A DNA stretch of 64,000 nt, taken from contig WELB01000023.1 in the NCBI GenBank assembly GCA_009602725.1, positions 127,027 to 191,026 on the forward strand, in the 5' to 3' direction. The notes beneath the pieces were generated by a model that had not been told where the DNA came from, did no database searches, and saw nothing but the letters and a program-made list of their open reading frames with translations. Position numbers and translations under genes: made by a program. This DNA is from Spirogloea muscicola. Taxonomy: Eukaryota. Positions 50,888-63,933 of the stretch are shown one piece after another. The stretch's first letter is position 1. Each line of letters starts with the position of its first letter.

Positions 50888-53419
50888 GCGGCGGTCGTGG
50901 AGGCGGCCGCCGTGGCGGGGATGGCGGCGGCGGCCGTGGCGGCGCCGGGGACTTCTTGGGTGGCGGCGGCGACCGGTGCTTCGGGGGCGGCGGTGGCGGC
51001 GGGCTGTGCAGTGGCGGCCGCGGCCCCGGAGGAAGGTACACCTTGGGCGGCGGCTTGAGCCACTTGGAGGCGCCGACCCAGCCGAGCGTCATGAAGCGCG
51101 CCGCGGAGGCCGCCGAGAGCTGCCGCGACCACGGCACGCGGCCGAACGTGCTTGCGCCCGGGCCCGCATTGTCGTACTCGGCGAAGAAGGTGTGCGTCGG
51201 CCGCACGAGGCCGATGGTCGTCCACGCGGCTGGCGCGAGCAGCCCCGACTGGATGTTCACCCGCGCGAACACGGTGAGCGCAAACGGGCCCCAGGCGCGG
51301 CCCAGATACGCTGCACGCATTGGCGTGGCTGCACAAAAGGTATCCACATTGTCAGAGCAACGCCTCTGCTTTGCGCAAGTTGATTCGTGCGAGCTGTGTG
51401 ACACCCCTGATTGCAGAAGCAACTTGTTTCCTTGTCTCGGCGAACTCAAGGACAATATACCCTACCAAAGATGCAGAAGAAGTTGCACGCTGGGGCAAGC
51501 AGTGGCAAGTAGTGTGACAACGGTCGTGCACCACAGCCTAAGCAGCTCAAGCTGTGCACACCATTGGCCTGATAGAGACCAACTCCAGGCTAGCCGGCCA
51601 CACCTGACTGGAGATGGCCGCCCAGGAAGACAAAGCCTGTGTTGTCAGCGACACTCTTCTTCGACTGCGCCGTGAAGCTGCCGCCAAAGCCGCCGCCAGG
51701 GTTGATCAAGTTCAGCGTGCAGTCCTGAAAGAGCACCCGGCCATCGCCAAAGACAAAGTCCACCGTGCCCTGGATGAAGCAGTTGCTGTAGTACTGCATG
51801 CCGCGGTGAGCGTACAGTGTGTCCTGGACGCAAAATCCGCACCGAGAATGCAGAATATAAGGCATTGAGTAACACGTGAGCCAGCCAGAAGAGCAGCTGC
51901 AGCACGCCAGCTCTCTGGCCATATTCGTCTACTCTCGTTATGTTCAACTGTTGCAGCTCTGAAGACGTGTATGAGCAAGCTGCACATCAAAGTTGGGGTT
52001 GCTGTGCACCTGGAACCCAAGCATCTGACAGTCGTAGAAGGCTGCAAAGTTGCCCGTGACCTGCGCAGTCACAGCAAAGTGCAGGCAGACTTCAGAAAAA
52101 CTTCGCTGTGTGCAAGTCGCAGCGTGTATATAAGTATGTCAGCACTCTCAGCACTACTTGACCCAAACCCGGCTTCCTCCTGTTTGCCACTATGCACTTC
52201 CTGCTCAACCAGCTGGTTGTGCACGTAGTCGGAAATGTGCAGAGCTTGTTCTTGCCACCCCGACTGCAGCTCTGCCTCTGCCAATAGCAGCAGGCAGGTT
52301 TGCATGCCACTAACTTTGCTGTTATATATGTGGAGCTTATCTCATCGTGCTTAATCGGCGGTGACATCCATATTTGCGAGGTGTCCACCATCAGCGCTAT
52401 GGAGTAGGCAAGTCTGAGCGAGCGCAGGACTCTCTCTCACCTGCAGCGCCACCGCCTGCATGTTGGTGGTGCCAGGGCGGGCACGAACGGTATTCTGGAA
52501 TGTGATGCCATATGCCGTGAAGTGCAGGCCATTGACAAGGAACGTGGAGGAACCCGACGTCCCGATGGGCCGGCCATTGGGTCCCTTCTGCCCGGCAAAG
52601 TGGGAGGCCTGGCCGCCAGCACAAGACATATGGAGCGCGGAATCATGACATGCGGGGCGTGGCCTCGGCGAGAGCCCAGCGAGCGCGATCGACCACATGA
52701 CAACCACATGAACGCACTCAGGTAAACGTCAAGGAGCCACATTTCTCAGCGACGTCACGAAGTGCTGCGTCAGTGAGTACCTGTATGATGGTCTTCCCGG
52801 GGACGCCGACAAGGTTGACATACCACGTCTTCTTCGGCACGATGACCGTCTCCCTGTACAGACCAGCCTGTGCGACAGCGCACGCGCGCAGTGGCGAGCA
52901 GGCGTCACACGCCACAGATTCAGCGGCTCTGCCACCAAGCTTCTGCTCACTCGCTCAACGAGGCTCAGGGAATGGCGCTGTTCCGAAGCTGGTAGCACTA
53001 GAATCATGGCGAGACTCTGGGGCCACGAGCTCGCCCTCAAGGGAAGGAGGGAGAGCGCCTCAGCCAGTAGACTCAGGACAAGCCGTCGCCGTCGGCCCAG
53101 CGAGTGGGCGCGCTCTGCTCGCAGCGGCGGCGGCGCTGACCTTCACGTGGATGATGAACGGGCGGCCCAGGTACTGCGGCACGAGGTTGATGGCGTCCTG
53201 GACGCGCCGGACGTCGCCGGAGCCGTCCTGGGCGACGACCAGGTTGGGCACCACGTATCCCGGCGGCACGGCGGCTGCCGCCACCGGGAAGCTCCACAGC
53301 GCGGGCAGTGCTGCAGTGGCGGCGTACAGGAGGAGGGCTGCCAGCCAAGCCGGCGCCGGCTGCGAGGCCCTGAGACGGCCGGGCGCCCGCGGCCGCGGCC
53401 GCGGGCGCTGCCGGGTCAT
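50888..53419 (-). CDS. Pectin methylesterase (no PMEI domain) with C-terminal Ser-Pro(n) extensin-like tail; 3' end in gap
   Basis: Signal peptide; VAQDGSGD; GLYRE; QAVALQ; QDTLY; GTVDFVFG; YLGRAW; EYDNAGPG; tail [21 protein letters not shown]. Confidence 0.92.
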
Positions 53420-53749
53420 CGCCGGGGCTTCGGCGTACCCAGCAACGTACGTGTCTGACGAGCTGAGCCTGGGCCGGTGAGCTAAGTCGGGCCCAAGCTC
53501 GGCGCGTGCTGACCCATGGGGGAAGTTTGATGGGGTCACAAGGCTGCTACGGTGGCAGCTGATGCAGGTCCTTGGTGGGGGAAGGGTTCAGAGAGTGGGC
53601 GAGCGGGGACCGAGGCGGGGGAGCTCGCAGGCCCGACTTAGCCTGCTGGGCAGCGAGGCGGGGGCGGCGCGGTTGCGAAGGTGGTCAGCGCGCCATGTTG
53701 GGCGCCTCTTGGAGGGGGGAAAGGGAGATAGGGGGGGGTTGGGGCTGGC

Positions 53750-53870
53750 TTCTTTTTTGGGCTGGCTTGTCCAGCCCCTATCCTCAATGGGCGAGCCCTT
53801 TCTTTCATCTTTCTTCTTTCTTTTTGCCTCCCTTTCAATTCATGCGCCCCGCGCGCCTTCTCTCTCTTTG
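53750..53870 (+). mobile_element. Two fused retro 3' termini
   Basis: tttttgggctggcttgtccagcccctatcctcaatgggcgagccc followed by cctccctttcaattcatgcgccccgcgcgccttctctctc. Confidence 0.75.
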
Positions 53871-53890
53871 GGGGGGAGATAGAGGGTGGC

Positions 53891-53892
<2 letters not shown>

Positions 53893-53987
<95 letters not shown>

Positions 53988-54016
53988 GAGAAAGCTCGAG
54001 AGAGAGAGAGAGAGAG
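53893..54016. repeat. (GA)n microsatellite
   Basis: Long GA dinucleotide run with one interruption. Confidence 0.95.
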
Positions 54017-54824
54017 CGGTGGGGTGCGTGGGCGGGAGTGTGGCGATGCCGGGAGAGAGGGGGGGGGGGGTGTGGGGTTTGAGCGGCGGGGCGGGAGAGA
54101 GAGGGGGAGGCGGCGGCCAGAGGCGCCGGCGGCGGTCGGGTGGGCCAGCCACGCGAGGCCCGGGCCAGCCCCGTCCCGCTCGCGGCCGCCACCAAGCGCA
54201 ATCCACGATCTCGTTGGCACAGCACCGTCGGCTTTCCCGAAGGGTGCAATGGCCTGCCTAAGTGCCCCGGGCCGTGAGCGCACTGAACCAAAGATTCCGT
54301 CAACATAAGCCGGTTTCCGAGTTCTCGGCCGCGCGCCATCTCCAGGCGCGTCAGTCCCGGGCCCGCGCCGCGTTTGCAAGCAATCCGGTGGTCCAACGGT
54401 CAACGGGCTGGCCCGCCGGGTCATCCTCTACGGGGCGATGCGCTTGTCGGGCGAATCCGTTGGGCTCGACGGGACTCGGGACGCCTCAGGTACTGCAGAG
54501 GACCGGTGACTCGGGCCCCGCTGCCATCAGTAGGCCAAAGCAGTCAAATGCAGCCGTGAGATGTAAGTGATCCAACGGGCTATGCGTAGCTCATTGAACA
54601 CCGTCGATCATCAACATTTGCATCGGACGGCTCGTCGCGCGCATGGCATGTTGGGCCCCGGTCCTCCCCCCCATGCATGCTCGCTGCGAGAGCCTGCAGC
54701 CGCCGCCGCCGCCACCGCCGCCATCGCCAGCCGCAGCGGTGCGACGAGCGCCGGCGGCTAGCTCCGCCTCGAGGCCCCTCAGGCCCGAGCCTGCGGGCGG
54801 GCAGGACCTGCCTGCCTTTCTCCC

Positions 54825-56832
54825 ATGGCGCAGCTGGTCGCGGGAATCGCAGGAGCTGCGGGAGCCGCAGCTGGGGGCGCGGTCGGGGTCGAGCGGCAGC
54901 GGGAGGCGGACGATATGGCGAAGGTGCAGCCTACGCAGGAGAGCACCCCTACTCCCCAGCCTGAGCCGGAGCACAGGCCGCTGAGTGCACGCGGCATTAC
55001 ACTTGTGACCGCCGTCAAAGGCGCCCCGGTGACGTACATCCGCAACGTGGACCGAGTCACTGACCTCGACCAATACATCGAGAAGCCTCGTGAGTGACGT
55101 CTCATATGCTCCTTTCTCCAGTAAGCTGCTGCTGCTGGGTGTGTGCAAGTGTTTATGACATGTTTCGTAACGCCCGCATGGTTCGACTGGTGAGTGAGGC
55201 TGTGGTCGAGAATGTTCACATAACCTTCTCTCACCAGGCATACCACTGCATCCACGTCAAGGTCTTCTTGGTGGATGGTTGAGGTCGATTTCCTTATCGA
55301 ACCTTGCCAGGTTTCTGGGTCCCAGGTAAAATAGTGGATTCTAGTAGCTAGTAGCTGGAGGTATACAGTAATGACAGAGGAGGTTTTTCTTGCCACACTG
55401 CTGTAGATGTACCAAGAGCCAACTTGGCCATCAGTCGTGAACATCCTGACGGCGAGCCGCACCAAGGGCTCGGAGAGCACCTCACTGTCATGCAGCAGCA
55501 CGTTGCTTGGTTCGACTTTAACAAAGACGGCATCTTACAGCCCTGGGAGACCTGCAAGGGTCAGTTTGACGCTTTGCATCAGGCAGTGAGCTCCTCTTCA
55601 TCTTCATGAGATGCAGTCGAAGACAGTCTGGGTCCAGACACACCCTTAGGCAGCTTACAGGGTCAGGGAGCTGATTGCCTGGCTTCTGTGATCATCATGT
55701 ATCATACAATGCCTTGTCAGGTCAATTGCATGGCCTGCAGGCTTCCGCCTCCTGGGATGGAACCCCATCGTCTCTTTGATGGCCACCTTCGTCATCCACG
55801 CATCCTTCAGCTTCCCGACTCACGATGTGTGAAATCTTCACTGGAAACAGGTCACAATCGCAGTGTCATCCAGGACTTTGGTGATCATAGGCCCAAAACG
55901 AAAATACTCCCGCTGTCTTGTACATTGTAAGCAAGGGCTGCCTACTTGACCGCTAGGCAAGCTCTCATGCTAGGCAAGCTTCCATGTTTGATGCCTGACA
56001 GAGCTGGTTGATATCGCCAACACTGCCCATCTACATACGCAACATTCACAGTTGTAAGCACGGGAGTGACTCTGAGACCTATGACACCGAGGGAAGGTGA
56101 GCTAGGTATGACTCGTCCTGTCACCTAGACCTCAAAGCAGCTGTCCTGGTTCAAGGTAGAAATTTTACCGTTTAGATATGCATGGATCCTGTCAGGAATA
56201 TGCCCCAGCTTTTGAGGCCACAGATGGTTTTAGATTGTGAGCATCCGCTTTCCCTCATAGTTGTATATGTAAGAAAGACAACAACTGCTGCACCATAGTA
56301 CTACTCCACCAAGACCCAGCAGGTCGATGCTTGTGATAGCAACGTAGGATGTTGCTCTTTGGTTCATACTCTTGGTTATCACTGGCATCAACTTAAGGAG
56401 TTCCCAAATCGGCTGCTCAGAGTTTTGATGCTTGTGTTGTTGTCATTGTTGGCCAGATTTGTTGTAGAGAAATTTGAGGAGATGTTTAGCAAGTATGACC
56501 GACAGAACCAGGGGGGCTTCTATTTCCGAGACATACTCAGAATGGTCCGAGGCAACTTCAATGTATACGATCCATTTGGCTGGTGAGTGGCGTAACAGGC
56601 AGGACTGTACCATGACCCAGACAAGCATATTGACACCACCGATCATGTTTATTGGGTGCTTCTTGAGCATGTGATTGTTGTCTGCAGGTTTGCTGAGAGT
56701 TCAGAGTGGACTTTTGCGTGGTGGCTCGCAAAAGATCGAAACGGTTTCCTGTCAAAGGAGGCCATTAGAGGCATCTTCGATGGCACCTTCTTCCAGCATG
56801 CGGTGGAAACACGATACAAAAAAGACAAATAG
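54825..56832 (+). CDS. Caleosin / peroxygenase, 6 exons
   Basis: [20 protein letters not shown] (EF-hand, heme His), hydrophobic proline-knot region, [38 protein letters not shown]. Confidence 0.93.
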
Positions 56833-57744
56833 CAGGAGTCTCCATGCCGGTGCAGCATTTCGATTTTGTGCCACGACTTAGTGCTTGCTAGTAATGCTAA
56901 CAACTACAAAGAGGGCCAAACCAGGCTACCCGGGTCGATGACATACTTTGCACTGAGTCTTGCAAATGTTCTCACCTTTCAATCAAGGCATCGATGGGAT
57001 TGCAACAGCGTGGCCAACTCATTACACAGCGTGCAGGAGATTGCAAGTTATACACAGACAAACCGGCTTTGGTGATGATTAATTACATTGTCCTCTCATG
57101 AGCTGCAGAGCCGATAATAGTGCCCCATTCCTACATCATGTGCTTCTGACATGGCTGAGAACCTGCCCTTGCTTGTCCACCTTGACCCAGCTTGCTTGCT
57201 CCTTGCGACTTGATCCACATCATGCCAGATGATTTTGATTAAATTCAACTCGACTCATCTGGGGTCTAGGCCATGGAAGCTGAAGCGCTCTGATTAATTT
57301 TCACACAGAATCCAGCAAGTCTATACACCATATATGTGCATGGGCATGCCCATTGGTGTTGGTGTCTCGCTAGGCTGACTATGCTCCACAAATGCCTGGG
57401 AGGGGAGTCAGAGTTGCGGAGGATCTACGAATCCTCGGCACTCCAAGCCTGATAAGTAAAAGCCCTAAGCTTGAATAACCATGGTGCAGTTACTAACATT
57501 GGGGCAGATTAGCTGCTGGGCTGCCAAGCCAGAACACAAATAAGTTGCGAGTCAAATTGTGCAACTTGAAGCCTGTGACCTTTGTGACAATGTGTTAGCA
57601 GACAGCTCACAGCAGTGTCACAACTCAGCAACAACCCAACAACTCTCACAAGTGCCAGATCAGATGTGCGGAGGCACCAATGACACGAACAAGTCTTGGA
57701 ATGTTTGTTGTATATAGACGATGAAGATGCTACACACAACAGCC

Positions 57745-59107
57745 TCAAAATCGAAGCTTAGTGAAGAACCACCGGTTCTTCCCTGTCTTGAAACGCTCCT
57801 CAAACAACGCCTTGGTCTCCTGAAATGCAGCACAGTGGCAGCAACAGTACAGTCACCCAAGTATTAAGACGAGTTGACATAATTCTGTCAAGAATCCAGA
57901 GCCACGACTGCTGGCCATCCAAGTAGGACTTGATTGTCCAAGTCACAGATCCAATTGGTTCTTCAATGCATCAAATGCAGCACTGCCACTCGTTTTTGAG
58001 GCTCTACTTCTCATTGAGGACGTGGAGGCCATGCATAATGAAGACCAATGCCCACACCTTCTTAGTCTGCTTCCGCACAGACGAATCCAGCTTCTCCATT
58101 GTGACCACGTTCTTCAAGTCCACGTCCAGCGTGTACCTGCAGTAGACGCAACAAGGGTGGTGGTTTAAGAAATGTCCTCAGATGCTCGCCTGGACTGCCA
58201 ACTGCTTCCTATCTTGAACCCGTGCTCCTTTCAATCAGCCGCTCGGGTGCTTGAGCATTAAGATACACCAACCAAGAGCCAGGGCATCTGGGTGAAACAG
58301 TAGGTCTGATTGCAGGGCTAGCGTAGCTCGCCATGGAGAGGTCCAGAGGTTCGGATGGGGCACGACAGGCACCTGGTGGGCATGATGTGGTTGTAGTTCA
58401 CGACCTTCACAAAGGCCTTGAGCCGCGAGCGCTTGGCAATGGTCTTCGCCGACGCGCTCTTGATGATCTGCGACACCGAGGCGAGGTTGGCACGTCAGCG
58501 TGAACGAGCAACGTGCCAGTCGTCGTGCTCGGCTACTACCACTACCACTACCACGGCTCAGTGCCCCACAGTACACCAAGCTGCTCCTGCTGGGGACTGC
58601 CGCTTTCTCCCATCCATGAGGCAAAGCCAGCGCTACTGGCAACGAGCGAGGACTCCAGCAGCAGCACCGTCTGGGAGCTCTATCCGACAAGGCGGCAATG
58701 GCAGCCGCCCGCCGCTCCATGCTGGCCCGTGGACCCGGGGTCAGAAGGTGCTGGCGACCTTGCGGGGGTACTTGGCGATGCCGGCGACGAGGGCGTGGCC
58801 GTACTGGCGGCCGGACGCGCCGTCGTCGAAGTTCTTGACGATCACCGCCTTGCTGCCAGCGTACCGCCCCTGCGGCCGCCGCAGCCAGGAGGAGAGCGGC
58901 GGCGGGCGCCCGCCCGTGAGGCAAGCCCGGCGGCGGGACGACGACGGCGCAGGCGACGACGACGACGCTGGCGGCCTGCCGCCGCGGCCTGGCGACGGCA
59001 AGCAAGGCTCCTCGGCGTTGACGGCGCTGCGGCGGTCTGCGAGCACGGCGGTCGGTGATCACCTGGAGCAGCACCACCACCTTGTTCTGCTTCAGGAACT
59101 TCACCAT
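57745..59107 (-). CDS. RPL27: 60S ribosomal protein L27 (eL27), 5 exons
   Basis: [27 protein letters not shown]…[10 protein letters not shown]…[12 protein letters not shown]. Confidence 0.97.
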
Positions 59108-59384
59108 GGCCGCGGCGGCGGCGGCGGCGGCGGCGGCGGCTGCGGCGACGGCGGCGGCAGTGGAAGGCCTCCCGGGACTCAAGGCGCCTCCGGCGCCGCG
59201 GGCTGAGGCGGCGCGGGGGTGTGGAGGGTTTCTTAAACCCCAGCCCTAGCCAAGCTTATGGGACGGGGGTTTGGCCTGGGCTTCTGCGTATCCCGGTCTC
59301 CTCCTCGATGCCCAGCCGTGGATGAATCACATCCACGGTCTTGAATGCCACATTCCGCGGGGTGACAGCCCAAGAGTAAGCTCT

Positions 59385-60140
59385 TTCCCAGCCACCAGTC
59401 AATCTGGCCGCGCTTTCTTTCTTATTAGTTTCTCCGACCTGCGCCTGCTCAACGAAGTGCTCGCCCATAGAGAAGAGTGGCTGGCAAAGCCAGCCCAAAA
59501 AGAAGGACAAACTGGGGTTACTGAGTGTTCGGGACTACTTGATTCAATTAAGCGTCTTCTCTGGCCCTTTCGAACTCATGTCCATTGTCTTTCTGGGCTG
59601 GCCTCTCACAACCCATGACCCTTTTGGGAGAGCCACTTCTCTCACAGCCACTGCCCTCTTCTGAGAGCGTCTTTCCTTCTTTTCCAATAGAAGATCGACT
59701 CTCCCAGTAGGAAATAAAGAAGGCTCGCCCATAGCACTTCCAACGTGAGGCAATGGCTGTGAGAGGCCAGCCCAGAGGATTCAAAAGTAGAGGAGCGATG
59801 GCTTTGATGGGCCAGCACAAAAAAAAAGGATGATGAAAAAAAGGCTGGCCTTTCCACAGCCACTTCTTTATATTGGAAGAAGAGCTGTTTCTAGCAGGTC
59901 CCTGTCTGAAGCCAGAGGCTGCAGCCAGGGCGCGATCAGCACGCAGATGCAACGGGTGTGCCATTGACCTGCTGCAACGAAACTGACAGGCGCATGCGAT
60001 ACACCTGGGCGAAGGAGCCTGCCGCGTTGGCATCGGCCTGCTCCTCTAGATGACGTTGGGACAAAGGTGAAAGAAGGCCGAAGGTCTGAAAGAACAAAGA
60101 AACAGCTCATTCAATGTACCGCAATGGCTGTGAGAGAAGT
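59385..60140. mobile_element. Cluster of retro 3'-tail fragments
   Basis: Hairpin tail (-) at 59457-59510; UTR motifs at 59560-59615 and 59722-59775; minus RSMAHPLHLRADRALAAASGFRQG at about 59900-59975. Confidence 0.75.
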
Positions 60141-61047
60141 AAGCTCCACATGGGGCAAGAGCTGTGAGACTTGCTCCCAGAAGACTACTTTCTCTGCCTG
60201 GGGCTGCTCACTAAGGGATATTGAGCACCCAGTGGCCACCTAAGTCGCTGTGTGCTTCAGCGCTTTTCTGGCCTAGGGCGCTCATTTCTTTTTGTACAGA
60301 TATGGATCACGAGAGTATCGAAAAAGCAGTCCCCGGGTACCAACCTTCTGTCAAACACTGTCCCAAGAACTGGGTAGGCTTGTGAGCCCCAACAGGTGCT
60401 AAGATTAGTCGAAGTGACTCAATGGGACCCAGCTCGGCCATAGCACAATTAAGCGCGTCTATGATAGCGGACAAGCAATTAGCACACAGGACAGTGTGCA
60501 AGACCCAAGGCACATACCGTCCTTCAATGGAGTGCAGCACACCTGCATGTTAGCCAAAGAACCTGCACTCAATTAGGCAGCCCAAGGATTGGTCCTGTCC
60601 AGGATCTTGCAACGATGCAAATCACCGGAGATTCACAGTAATAAGAAACCTTTCTCACAGATCAATGAAGAAACAATATGGTGCGCTGGTGCACTGTATT
60701 GAATTGTGAATGCTTGGAATCAGTAAGACAAGGAGTGAATGTCACGCCCTTTCTCTTATGCAAAAAGGTGGTAGCATTGGTGACGGCAATCTGCTGTAGT
60801 AGACCCCGTCAGAATGGAGCATCTTCATATTGCAATCCATCATTGCCTACTCACGCTCCACAATGACTTGCAGGCTCTGTGGCAAGCATGTCAACCAATC
60901 TCCAGAAGCTGAGGGGGTCAGTAGATTGCCTCGACTTCCCATGGGACTCCATCGAGGATCAATGCATCAGTCAGTGCGTGAAGTCTCTGCAGGTGGAGCG
61001 AGCCTCCACATAGCACTGACCCCTCAGCTCTCAAACTACAAGGGGCG

Positions 61048-63933
61048 CTAGAGCTTCTTTGGGGCCGGCGGTGGGGGGTACTTGATGTGGTGTCCTGTCT
61101 TACGGGAGGGAGGGTACTTCAAGTGGTGGCCAGTGCCGGCAGCCTTTGAGGGGGTCTTGGATGACGCCGGTGGCGGCGGGTACTGTATGTGGTGGCCCTT
61201 TGGGCGAGAGGGTGGGTACTTAAGGTGGTGGCCGGTGGCTGCCAGTGACGGCGACGGTGGCGAGATTGGAGACTTGGCCTTAGCCGGAGGCGGGCTCCGC
61301 AACTTGGGCGGCGGCGGTGGATGCGCCAGCAGCCTCGGAGAGGGCGGTGGAGGCGAATGGGCTGGCGGTGGCTTCGATGGCTTCCTTGGAGGCGGCCGGG
61401 TCAGTGACGCTGGGACCTTTGGTGGAGGCGGCAGAATTGATTGGTGCGGCGGCGGCTGCCTGGGAGCAGCCGAGACAGGCGGGGATCGCAGCCCGGTTGC
61501 AATCCCGCCTGGGGGGCTGACCAGCCACGACTTGCCATCAACATAGTCGACCGTCAGGAATGGCGCCGCCTGCGCGGTTGTTAGCTGATGCGACCATGAA
61601 ACCCTCTCTGACACGTCGTAATCCACGCCCGTGCACTTGTACTCGCCCATGAAGGCCTTGACATTTGTCGTGGAGACGCCAGAAACGAAGCCCCACCCGG
61701 GCTTCTTGATGACATCCTTTTGAATGACGATGTTTGCAAACACCACCACTGCGTACACCCCCCAGACTCTGCCCAGCCAGCTCCTGTAGAGCCAAGCAAG
61801 CAGTTAAAGGAGATAGCAGCAGTATCAGAGTAGACAAGCATAAATGAGCTGCAAGCAAAATACAGGTGTAAACACAGCTATTATTGGGCATGTCGACACT
61901 TTCAGGAGATTCTCAACCCGACAAGGCACTATTTCTCAGACTCGAACCAGAGCAACTGGATGTCTTACTTGTGCACAATGCCATCGGTGGTATCTGATAT
62001 TATACGCCCGCCCACAAAGGAGAAGCCGCTGCGCTCTGTGGCCGACGTCCTATGCTGAGCCGTGATGCCCCCGCCTGGAGCCGTCACAGCCATGGTGCAG
62101 TTTTCAAAGAAAGCCAGAGCTTCCCCAAAGATAAAGTCGGTGTGGCCTGCAATGTAGCAGTTCTTGTAGTACTGCCTGTTCTGCTCCACATACAGCGTGT
62201 CCTGTCATGCAGGAAGCAGTAATGCACCCAAATCTCAGAGGCCTTGCCCGCACATGCTAGATGGGCCTGTGTCCAGGCCACATTATCTCTTGCCAGGCAG
62301 GTCCTGGTGGACAGATGCTTCACTATGCAGTACTCAAGCACCACACACCTGGGAGCCAAGAATGGTGCAGTCATAAAATGCTGCTCGATCGCCTGAGACC
62401 TGCATAGCTCGCACAGAAGTAGGTTTGTGGGTGCATGTTTTAAAGGGAAATTGCTAAAGCAGTATATCAGTCACGGCTTGCAAGTGACAAGCATTGAATG
62501 AACATTTAAGTTGGCTTAAATCAAATAACATCCAACTCTGTGGAAATCCAAAGGTAACTCAGTGTCTCAAAACGTCTCATGATGTCAGCAACTGAACTGT
62601 ACCTTCAAGGCCACAGCCTGCTCATCACTCGTATGGTGATCAGAGTGCTTGGTATTGGCGAAAGTCATCCCCTCTGCAATGAAGTCAGTGGCGTTGACCC
62701 AAAAGGTCTGGCTGTTCTCCGTGCCATAGCTCCCGTCTGGCGTGTTCTGACCAGCATAGTGGCTGCCAGTTATGATGGTCTTCCCACTGGGATCTCCTAT
62801 GAGTGTCAGGAATGGCTGGTTATACTTCACCACCGGATACTCTGTGTAAACGCCCCCCTGCAGCCACAGAGTCTGCCTATTTAGTATTCCAACCAAACCC
62901 TGAAACAATCTAGCCTCTTCTGTGTGCTCCCATCCTTGCAGTATGACACTCTAGGCCTGCTTTAACCCTGTGCCATCAAGCCAGAAAAGTGAGCTAACAA
63001 GCTCTTTGTAAGTGTTGGCTGTGTCCTAGCCCGTCTCCTGACTGTTGATCTCCGCAAACCTGACAATCCTGTATTCAACCTTCTTGACTGACAAGGCGCT
63101 AGCTCGACAATTCGTTCAATCCTTAGGCGACTTGAGCTTGACCCGGCCTTGCCACTATCTGTAACACTGTCACCTTTTTGTGCAAGTCATCACGACGCAC
63201 TAAGCCCAAGCCAAGACCAAGGAAAAATCGGATGGCAATTCCTATTTTACTTTGCTGCTTCGCACTTCGCAGCAGCAAGTGGACCAGCTTCTTTGTACCA
63301 AGTGGCGAGCAGCTCCTCAAAATGCTATGGGGGGACCAAGTATTCTGTCATATTGAGAGAGGATGAAGGAAATATGCACGTTGAAAGCCGACAGCATGCT
63401 TGCAAAATAACGAGGATTCAGACAGACCTTGATGTAGATGACTGTCCGTCTGGTGGAAGACCCGGCGGGCGCTGCCGCCAGCGCGTCGTGGATGGTCTTG
63501 TAGTGCCCCGAGCCATCAAGGGCGACGATCAGGTCCGGCACGATGGAGCTTCTGGGCGCTGCGGTCTTGTAGTGCCCCGAGCCATCAAGGGCGACGATCA
63601 GGTCCGGCACGATGGAGCTTCTGGGTGCTGCGGGAGTGTCGCCAGCAGTTTCGCAAGAAAGTGAGCCAGACTGGTAAGCGAGATGACACACTGGCTAACG
63701 ATGCTGGATGACGAGAAGCACACAGATTCGTACTGATGTTTCGGGCAAGCTGCCGTCTTGAGTTTTGGCGTGTCTCAAGCTTCGGGAACGACGACGAAAG
63801 ACGAGTGCTCACCAGCTGCTGAGGCCAGGCCAAGCGCGCAGAGGAGGACGGCGGCCGCCGGGAAAGGCCGAGGCTTGAGCGGTATCATCGGGCTCAGCTG
63901 GGGGTGGCCAGCTCTCGCTCGAGGCTGCACCAT
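61048..63933 (-). CDS. Second pectin methylesterase with Pro-rich and GHHxxYPP-repeat C-terminal tail
   Basis: Signal peptide AAAVLLCALGLASAA; VALDGSGHY; GVYTE; QAVALK; DTLY; GHTDFIFG; WLGRVW; GEYKCTG; tail to …PAPKKL*. Confidence 0.92.
63494..63633. repeat. In-frame 69-bp tandem duplication in the PME gene
   Basis: Units start at 63494 and 63563, one mismatch; encodes AAPRSSIVPDLIVALDGSGHYKT twice. Confidence 0.95.

Noticed and set aside
53572..54424. ORFs with RE/SL dipeptide repeats
   Set aside because: Translations of the (GA)n microsatellite
57820..58372. Possible intronic snoRNAs in RPL27
   Set aside because: No convincing C/D box pair or H/ACA structure seen by eye; needs snoscan/Infernal
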